The notes under the pieces: model-generated
Seen by the model: only the letters and a program-made list of their open reading frames with translations
Told to the model about the DNA's origin: nothing
The model's database searches: none
Program-made: the position numbers and the translations under genes
In this document: positions 57,760 to 64,000 of the stretch, in pieces
Layout of the letters: every line of letters starts with the position of its first letter
Position numbering within the stretch: position 1 is the stretch's first letter
From: Longimicrobiales bacterium
Lineage (GTDB): Bacteria; Gemmatimonadota; Gemmatimonadetes; Longimicrobiales; Gaopeijiaceae
Direction: 5' to 3'
DNA: 64,000 bases
Assembly: GCA_965238005.1 (NCBI GenBank)
Contig: OZ250165.1
Location: 4,320,001 to 4,384,000, forward strand

Positions 57760-58358
57760 CCTGGCGGCGGACCCGGGCACGGTCCTGGTGACCGGCGGAT
57801 CGAGGTGACCATGCGCCCCTCGTCGAGGCCGACCCGGAGCGCCTCGAGCGAATGCTGCAACTGAACGTGCTCGGGCTGACTGGTCTGACCCGACGGCTCC
57901 TGCCGGACATGCTGTCCCGTGGCCGGGGCCGGATCCTGAACGTGGCGTCGCTGGTGGCCTATTTCCAGGGCGGGCCGAACTGGACTACGTACGTGGCGTC
58001 GAAGGCCTACGTGCTCTCCTTCACGAGGGGCCTCGCCATGGAGCTGCGGGGGACGGGCGTCTCGGCGACCGCCCTCGCCCCCGGCGCAACGGATACCGAA
58101 TTCGTCGGCCGTTCGGGACTTGGAGACGTGCGAGCGTACCGGTGGCTCCCCAAGGCGTCACCCGAACGGATCGCACACGCCGCCTACGTCGGGACGATTG
58201 CGGGCCGGGCCACGGTGATACCCGGACTGCTGAACCGCCTCCTGGCGTTCCTGGGCGAGTTGCATCCGCGGGGCGTCGCTCAGGCGGCGTTCACCTTGCT
58301 GTCCGGCTCGTCCCGTGCTCACCCTTCCGCTCTGGGCGTAGGCGGTCTAGGGTTGTAG
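57752..58358 (+). pseudogene. SDR oxidoreductase with internal deletion
   Basis: MRSLAADPGTVLVTGGS jumps, out of frame, to EADPERLERMLQLNV...ILNVAS...YVASK. Confidence 0.8.
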
Positions 58359-58501
58359 TCTCCACCTGTTGAGGCGCGTTCGGATTCCTTATCCTTTGCG
58401 CCACGCCCTCCTGAGTCTTCTGCCGACGCCAGGCACACTTGATCGGGGAGGCGCGGAGCGCTCTCGCCGCTCACGGGACCGTCGCGCCCGGGGGACCACG
58501 G

Positions 58502-58582
58502 ATGAACGACGCTCGGCTTACCTACGATGTCTTCCTGAGCTACAACTGGCGGGATCACGGGGCGGTGGTTGACGGGCTGTAG
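58502..58582 (+). pseudogene. TIR domain N-terminal remnant
   Basis: MNDARLTYDVFLSYNWRDHGAV*. Confidence 0.6.
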
Positions 58583-58646
58583 GCACGTGTCGAGCTAGTC
58601 TTGATCTCTCCGGGCCGCAAGCGACGTCGTACATGGGTCCCAAAAC

Positions 58647-60341
58647 ATGGGGCCCGCGCACAACACGCGTGACCCGAACGGGGGTCTCGCGACCCGGCCA
58701 CCCCTCTCCTCGCCCCATGCATTCGTGTACCTTGGGGCTCGCGCCCGTTACCCGGACATCGAGCCTCCGATCGCCCCCGACCCGACAGTCACGCCCCTCG
58801 CCGTTCTTCGCGGCGTATTCGGTTACGAGGACTTCCGCCCCGGCCAGCTAAAGGTCATCGAAGCCGTGCTCGCGGGCCGCGACTGCATCGCACTCATGCC
58901 CACCGGGGCGGGCAAGTCACTGACCTTTCAGGTGCCGGCCCGCATGTTGGACGGAACGGTGCTTGTAGTGTCTCCGCTGATCTCCCTCATGAAGGACCAG
59001 GTCGATGCGCTCGGTGATCTGGGCTTTCGGGCTGCTGCGATCAACTCGTCGCTTGAGCCGGGCGAGCGAGAGCGGAGACTCCAGGCGCTCAGAGCCGGAG
59101 AGTACGAGCTCGTCTATCTGGCCCCGGAGGGGCTCGACGGCCGCTTGAGCAGGGAGGCGGGAAACTGGCCGCTCTCGCTGCTCGTGGTGGACGAGGCCCA
59201 TTGCATCAGCCAGTGGGGCCACGATTTCCGGCCGTCGTACCGGCGGCTGCAGCGGCTCCGAGAGGCGCTGCCGGACGTGCCCGTGCTAGCGCTCACGGCA
59301 ACCGCCACGAACGCCGTGGCCCGCGACATCATCCGGCAGCTCGACATGAGCAAGCCCGCCGGTTTCAAGGGCTCGTTCTTCCGCCCCAACCTGAACATCT
59401 ACTGCAGGAAGAAGGGCACCGGACCTACGCGCCGCGAGATTTCAGGGCTGATCAAGGCGCGGTCGGGGCAGAGCGGCATCCTGTATTGCGCCTCGCGGAA
59501 GGCGGTCGATCAGATGGCCGACTTCCTCTGTGATCAGGGGGTGCGGGCGTTGCCGTATCACGCGGGAATGCAGGACGTCGATCGGGCGGCGAACCAGGAT
59601 GCTTTCGCGAGGGACGACGCCGACGTGATCGTCGCGACCATCGCCTTCGGCATGGGTATCGACAAGTCGAATGTGCGCTTCGTCATCCATCGGGATATGC
59701 CCAAGGACGTAGAGTCCTGGTATCAGGAGATGGGACGCGCGGGTCGGGACGGTCTGGATAGCGACTGCTTCCTCTTCTACTCGTGGGCCGACGTGAAGCA
59801 GCATGAGCGGTTCCTGAGCGACATCGACGACCCCGATCTCTACTGGGCGAAGATCGAGGCGGCCAAGTCCCTGTTCCGATTGGTGGAGAACGGCGGGTGC
59901 CGGCACAAGAAGATCCTCGGCCACTTCGGCGAGGAGATCGCAGCGTGCGGCACCTCGTGTGATTGGTGCACGGGTGTGAAGGCGGAGGACCTGGCGGCGG
60001 AGGGGATGATGGCCGTGGAGGTGGCAGGCCCCCGACAACGATCACCGAGGTCCTACGATCGAATCGCGGAGCCCGGGCCGCTCTCGGATGAAGGGGAGGC
60101 CCTGTTTCAGTGTCTGCGAGAGCTTCGCAAGTCGATTGCGGACCAGCAAGGTGCGCCAGCCTACATCGTGTTCAGCGACAAGACCCTTCATGCCATGGCC
60201 GAGGCACGTCCGTCCACACCGGAGGAGCTCCTGGCCGTCTCGGGTGTTGGGCCGATGAAGCTCGACCGGTACGGAGAGGCGTTCCTGGAGGTGGTGAACC
60301 GGGCCCCAACGAGGCCGGTGACGGCTGACGCCGAGGGGTAA
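58647..60341 (+). CDS. recQ: RecQ family DNA helicase with HRDC domain
   Basis: [33 protein letters not shown], Zn motif, HRDC; start uncertain. Confidence 0.9.
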   Translation: MGPAHNTRDPNGGLATRPPLSSPHAFVYLGARARYPDIEPPIAPDPTVTPLAVLRGVFGYEDFRPGQLKVIEAVLAGRDCIALMPTGAGKSLTFQVPARMLDGTVLVVSPLISLMKDQVDALGDLGFRAAAINSSLEPGERERRLQALRAGEYELVYLAPEGLDGRLSREAGNWPLSLLVVDEAHCISQWGHDFRPSYRRLQRLREALPDVPVLALTATATNAVARDIIRQLDMSKPAGFKGSFFRPNLNIYCRKKGTGPTRREISGLIKARSGQSGILYCASRKAVDQMADFLCDQGVRALPYHAGMQDVDRAANQDAFARDDADVIVATIAFGMGIDKSNVRFVIHRDMPKDVESWYQEMGRAGRDGLDSDCFLFYSWADVKQHERFLSDIDDPDLYWAKIEAAKSLFRLVENGGCRHKKILGHFGEEIAACGTSCDWCTGVKAEDLAAEGMMAVEVAGPRQRSPRSYDRIAEPGPLSDEGEALFQCLRELRKSIADQQGAPAYIVFSDKTLHAMAEARPSTPEELLAVSGVGPMKLDRYGEAFLEVVNRAPTRPVTADAEG

Positions 60342-60365
60342 GACAGCGAAAAAGGCACTGTGAAC

Positions 60366-61676
60366 CTACCGGCCACCCACTCCCTGACGCGGCGTCCCAT
60401 CCGTCGGCAGCTCGAGCGTCCGCCGCACCGTCCCGGCCTTTTCGGCTTCCACCACGATCGTCACACGAGCGGGTTGAGCGCCGTCGCGGATGCGCACCGC
60501 CCAGCCGACGATATGAGGCTCGGGAGTCCCTCCTCGAGCCCCGGGCAGCACACCTAACGAGACGACCGAATCACCCGAGACCGACTCGGCGTTCACCAGC
60601 TCCAGCCTGACGCGCACGGGTTCGGCGATGCCGAGCACTTCGGCGGCGTGAACCGTCGTAGGCGAAGTTCGTGTAGCCGGTGATCGCCACACCGTCTTTG
60701 GCGATCGCGCCGTAGGCCTCGAGGTCCGCGCGCGGGAAGTCCCCGTCCTGATCGGCGAGCGTCGGGAAGCGCAGGATCAGACCGCCACTGGTATGGAAGG
60801 TGTGGATGGCCGCCATGTTCGGCGCTCGGTGATATACGTCACCAGGGCATGCGTCTCGGGCTCCGACAGCGGAAACGGGCCGGACGCGAACTGCGCCGGA
60901 CTCCAGTTGGCGGGGAAATTCCGGTTCAGATCGACCCCGCCCACGCGGTCTTCGTTGAAGCGACCGTCACCATCGTTGTCGATCCCCTCTCCCATCAGCC
61001 GATAGCGGGGACCTTCGGGAGCGACGCCCTGAGCGCGGACCATGCGACGCGAGTCCGCGCTGTGCACCGTCCACTCGCCCTCGGGGTCCGGCACCCGCAT
61101 TTGAAGGATCCGCCCGTCACCGTCCAGGTCCTCCGGCGGGTCCTCGTCGACGAGACCGTCCCCATCTTCGTCGACGGGCCGCACGTTCCAGCGGTGGTTC
61201 TCGGGCGTGTCCACCGAAATCGCGCGTCCGTCCGGGTTCACGATGGGAACGACGTAGAAGACCCGTCCGTTCACCAGCTCGGTGATCGCCTGATCGTTCC
61301 CGTGAGCTCCCACGATCCGATCGAGAAAGGCCAGCGCGCCCTCGCCCCCCAGCACTTCGCCACCGTGGATGTTGCCGTCCACGTAGAACCCTGGCTTTTC
61401 GGTCCCGGGGCCCGTGGCGGGGTTGTTCACGTCCACGGCCCAGATCGGTCGTCCTTCGCGGCTCCGGCCGATCACGTCGAGCGTGACGAGCTGAGGGTAC
61501 CGGGCGGCCAAGGTCTCGAGGTAGGTGCCGATCTCATCCAGGGTGTGGTAGTGCTCGAACTGGATCAGCCCGGTGCCTTGGGCGGCGGAAGCCGCTGGGA
61601 GACGTAGTCCGGCGGACGCCGCCGGAAGAAGGAGTGTGGCGGCGAAAGGGATTGGAAAGCACGGGAAACGGAGCAT
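60366..61676 (-). pseudogene. M14 zinc carboxypeptidase, frameshifted and internally deleted
   Basis: DGNIHGGE, VNPDG, DLNRNF, SEPET; frame change near 60820 to IHTFHTSGG; truncation, then the C-terminal domain in another frame. Confidence 0.85.
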
Positions 61677-61703
61677 GATGCCTCGACTTCGTCCGAAGAG
61701 CGG

Positions 61704-62195
61704 TCAGTGCCCCGGCCCCTGATCGTCGGCGGACGGGCCGTAGATCGCCGGGACTTTGCTCCCCATCGGTCGTAGGTACGTGCTGAGCTGTCCGCGATGG
61801 TGTACCGAGTCCAGGAGCATGATCCAGGCCAGCTGCATCCGCGGCGCCTCCATGATCATGTCCTCCCCGGCGAAGAACTTCGCCGGGCTCATCCAGGTCT
61901 CCTCGTTCATACGGCCGAGTCGCTCGATCACCTCCCCGAACGTCTGGTCCAGTGTCGCAACCGCGTCCTCGACGGTGTCGAAGGGCACCTGGTTTCGATG
62001 ATGGATCACGCCGTCGTCGAGAAGCTCGATCAGGTCCTGGTTGTGCCCGATCAAGTGTTCGATGAGATCTGTGGCGCAGCGGGCCTTGGGGTCGGGGCGG
62101 TGCCCTCGGCCCTCCTCGGGGACCGCGCCTACGACATTGCGAAAGAGTCCGCGCTCGTGCTCCAGGATCCCTTGCAGAAAAGCGGGCGTGCTCAT
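61704..62195 (-). CDS. DinB family protein
   Basis: RPDPKAR...LIEHL...HHRGQLSTYLRPMGSKVPAIYGPS. Confidence 0.9.
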   Translation of the reverse strand: MSTPAFLQGILEHERGLFRNVVGAVPEEGRGHRPDPKARCATDLIEHLIGHNQDLIELLDDGVIHHRNQVPFDTVEDAVATLDQTFGEVIERLGRMNEETWMSPAKFFAGEDMIMEAPRMQLAWIMLLDSVHHRGQLSTYLRPMGSKVPAIYGPSADDQGPGH

Positions 62196-62378
62196 GGAGA
62201 TTCTCCTTATCGAAAAAGAGGTGAGGGTTCGAAGACGGATAATCTTGCCCCTCCGGAGCGGCGGGGCCACCCCCGACCGGGCGCCTGCACAACCTCGTTG
62301 CCCCTGGCTCGCTCACAAGCTACTCTGCGACTGGGGCGCGTCCCAGCGAACGGCCAACCTCGGGGGGTTGCAGTGGAC

Positions 62379-63179
62379 ATGCACGTCGATCGAAGGGCGT
62401 TTCTCGCGACGATCGGTGTCGGAGCCCTCGGAGCCATGTCGCCCGAGGACAGGGCCGAAGAGCTTGAGCACTACATGATCAACAAGCTCGACGACAGCGT
62501 GACGCCCGAGCCGGATCCCGCCGAGATCGAGTATCTGCAAGAGCGGGAGCAAGAGGTGCGGCCGCCTCGCGGAACAGGGAGACTGTTCACACCGACACCG
62601 GGCGGGCGCACCTTCGAGCCGCTTCCGAGCAACCCGACCTTGATGGACTTCTTCAAGCTGCGCTTCGCGCCGGCGACCCACGTGCTGCAGAGCGCCACGC
62701 ACGCGTTCGAGACCGACCAGCCCGAGCGGACCATCATGGCGTGCCTGCTGCACGACGTCATCCAGAACCTCATCAAGGTCGATCACGGATATTGGGGATC
62801 CCAGCTGTTCGCGCCCTACGTAGACGAACGGATCGCCTGGGGCATCAAGTATCACCAGGCGCTGCGGTTTTATCCGGACGAGTCGGTGGGATACGAGTAC
62901 CCCGAGATGTACAACCGCATCTTCGGCGAGGACTACGTCCCCGAGGACTACATCAAGCGGGACTACGAGTTCGCCCGGAACCACAGCTGGTACATGGAGG
63001 CGCGCCTGATCACGGTGAACGACACCTATGGGTTCCAGGAAGGCATGCAGGTCGACCTGGAGGCGTTCACTGACATCATCGGGCGACACTTCAAGCAGCC
63101 GAAAGAGGGGTTGGGCTACGACGGCAGCCCGGTGGCCCACATGTTCCGGTCGATCCAGTTCCCGAACCACCCCCTGTAG
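62379..63179 (+). CDS. HD-domain protein with Tat-like N-terminus
   Basis: DRRAFL, HVLQSAT, CLLHD, DHGYWG, YHQALRF. Confidence 0.85.
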   Translation: MHVDRRAFLATIGVGALGAMSPEDRAEELEHYMINKLDDSVTPEPDPAEIEYLQEREQEVRPPRGTGRLFTPTPGGRTFEPLPSNPTLMDFFKLRFAPATHVLQSATHAFETDQPERTIMACLLHDVIQNLIKVDHGYWGSQLFAPYVDERIAWGIKYHQALRFYPDESVGYEYPEMYNRIFGEDYVPEDYIKRDYEFARNHSWYMEARLITVNDTYGFQEGMQVDLEAFTDIIGRHFKQPKEGLGYDGSPVAHMFRSIQFPNHPL

Positions 63180-63219
63180 CCGGCCGTCGGGATATGATCC
63201 CGACCGGAGGCACTCCCCG

Positions 63220-63918
63220 ATGTTCGGCCGCCCTCGGACAGCGCTGCTGCTCTACGCCGTCGCGATGGGCTATGTCGAAGCCGCGGTCGTCGTCTATCTT
63301 CGCGCCATCTACTACCCCGAGGGATTCTCCTTCCCGCTGAAGCCCATGGACGCCGGGATCCTAGCCGTGGAGATCGGCCGGGAGGCCGCGACCGTCGTCA
63401 TGATCTTCACCGTTGCGTGGGCGGCGGCTCGCTCCGGCTGGCAGACGCTGACCGGCTTCGCGCTCGTCTTCGGCGTGTGGGACATCGCGTATTACGCCGG
63501 ACTGCGGATTCTGCTGGGCTGGCCGGCGTCTCTCTTCGAGCCGGATGTGCTCTTCCTCATCCCCGCTGTCTGGGTCGGGCCGGTGTTGGCCCCATCCCTG
63601 ATCGCCCTCTCCATGTCGGCGGCGGCCTGGGCGCTCTGGCCGATGGATCACGGAGCCATCTCGCCGCGTGCGTGGGAGTGGTCGCTCATGGTAGCGGCGG
63701 GCTGCATGTTGCTCGCGACGTTCATCGTGCCCGCTGCGCTAGCCGGGGTGACGGGATTGGGGGAGGGAGTCTCACTGCCGGCGGTGAGCTACCCGTGGTG
63801 GGGATGGATCGCAGGAGAGTCCGCAGCCCTTTTCGTAGCGGTGCGATGGTGGATGAGAGGACGGAGGAATTCGACTCCTTTACCATTGGCTTCTGCTCCT
63901 TCAGGAGGTGAAGGATGA
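63220..63918 (+). CDS. Hypothetical membrane protein
   Basis: AMGYVEAAVVVYLR...EIGREAAT...WDIAYY...LFLIP. Confidence 0.8.
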   Translation: MFGRPRTALLLYAVAMGYVEAAVVVYLRAIYYPEGFSFPLKPMDAGILAVEIGREAATVVMIFTVAWAAARSGWQTLTGFALVFGVWDIAYYAGLRILLGWPASLFEPDVLFLIPAVWVGPVLAPSLIALSMSAAAWALWPMDHGAISPRAWEWSLMVAAGCMLLATFIVPAALAGVTGLGEGVSLPAVSYPWWGWIAGESAALFVAVRWWMRGRRNSTPLPLASAPSGGEG

Positions 63919-64000
63919 GCAAGCGACGCGTGCGCCACGCGATACTCGGAGCAGCGCTACTCCCTTGGCTCGCGGCCGGTTGTGGGGGTAGCGACAGCGG
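63915..64000 (+). CDS. Putative lipoprotein, partial (runs off the window end)
   Basis: MSKRRVRHAILGAALLPWLAAGC lipobox; RBS AGGAGG; ATG overlaps the upstream TGA. Confidence 0.65.
   Translation, partial: MSKRRVRHAILGAALLPWLAAGCGGSDS

Overview
GC-rich bacterial window. By inference from gene style it is Gemmatimonadota-like: Ser/Thr kinase N-termini of the 'RLNAALEGRYR' type, a PadR/ADOP-permease locus and many secreted amidohydrolases. Intact genes are mostly accessory metabolic or signalling genes: B12 radical SAM, three class III cyclase-domain proteins, several amidohydrolases, S46 peptidase, SLC13 permease, selenoneine genes senA-senB, a cysteine synthase-rhodanese fusion, a PQQ/GMC oxidoreductase operon, GH114 and RecQ. 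These are interleaved with about 20 gene fragments and mobile-element scars. Features not shown by the ORF track: (1) an 87-aa glutaredoxin with an in-frame TGA at the first position of its CxxC motif (U-P-Y-C) plus a SECIS-like hairpin, about 5 kb from senAB; (2) a ~52-bp promoter/dyad element found four times, always directly upstream of kinase- or cyclase-type starts, one of which has been grafted in-frame onto a PQQ dehydrogenase; (3) orphan tRNA 3'-fragment att sites for Ile, Lys and Pro (x2), the Lys one with an attP-like layout, and no integrase in the window; (4) the 5' part of a truncated group II intron at an attC-like site; (5) an IS630-like MITE. No CRISPR array, rRNA or complete tRNA was seen. 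All family calls are from motif recognition by eye, not database searches.
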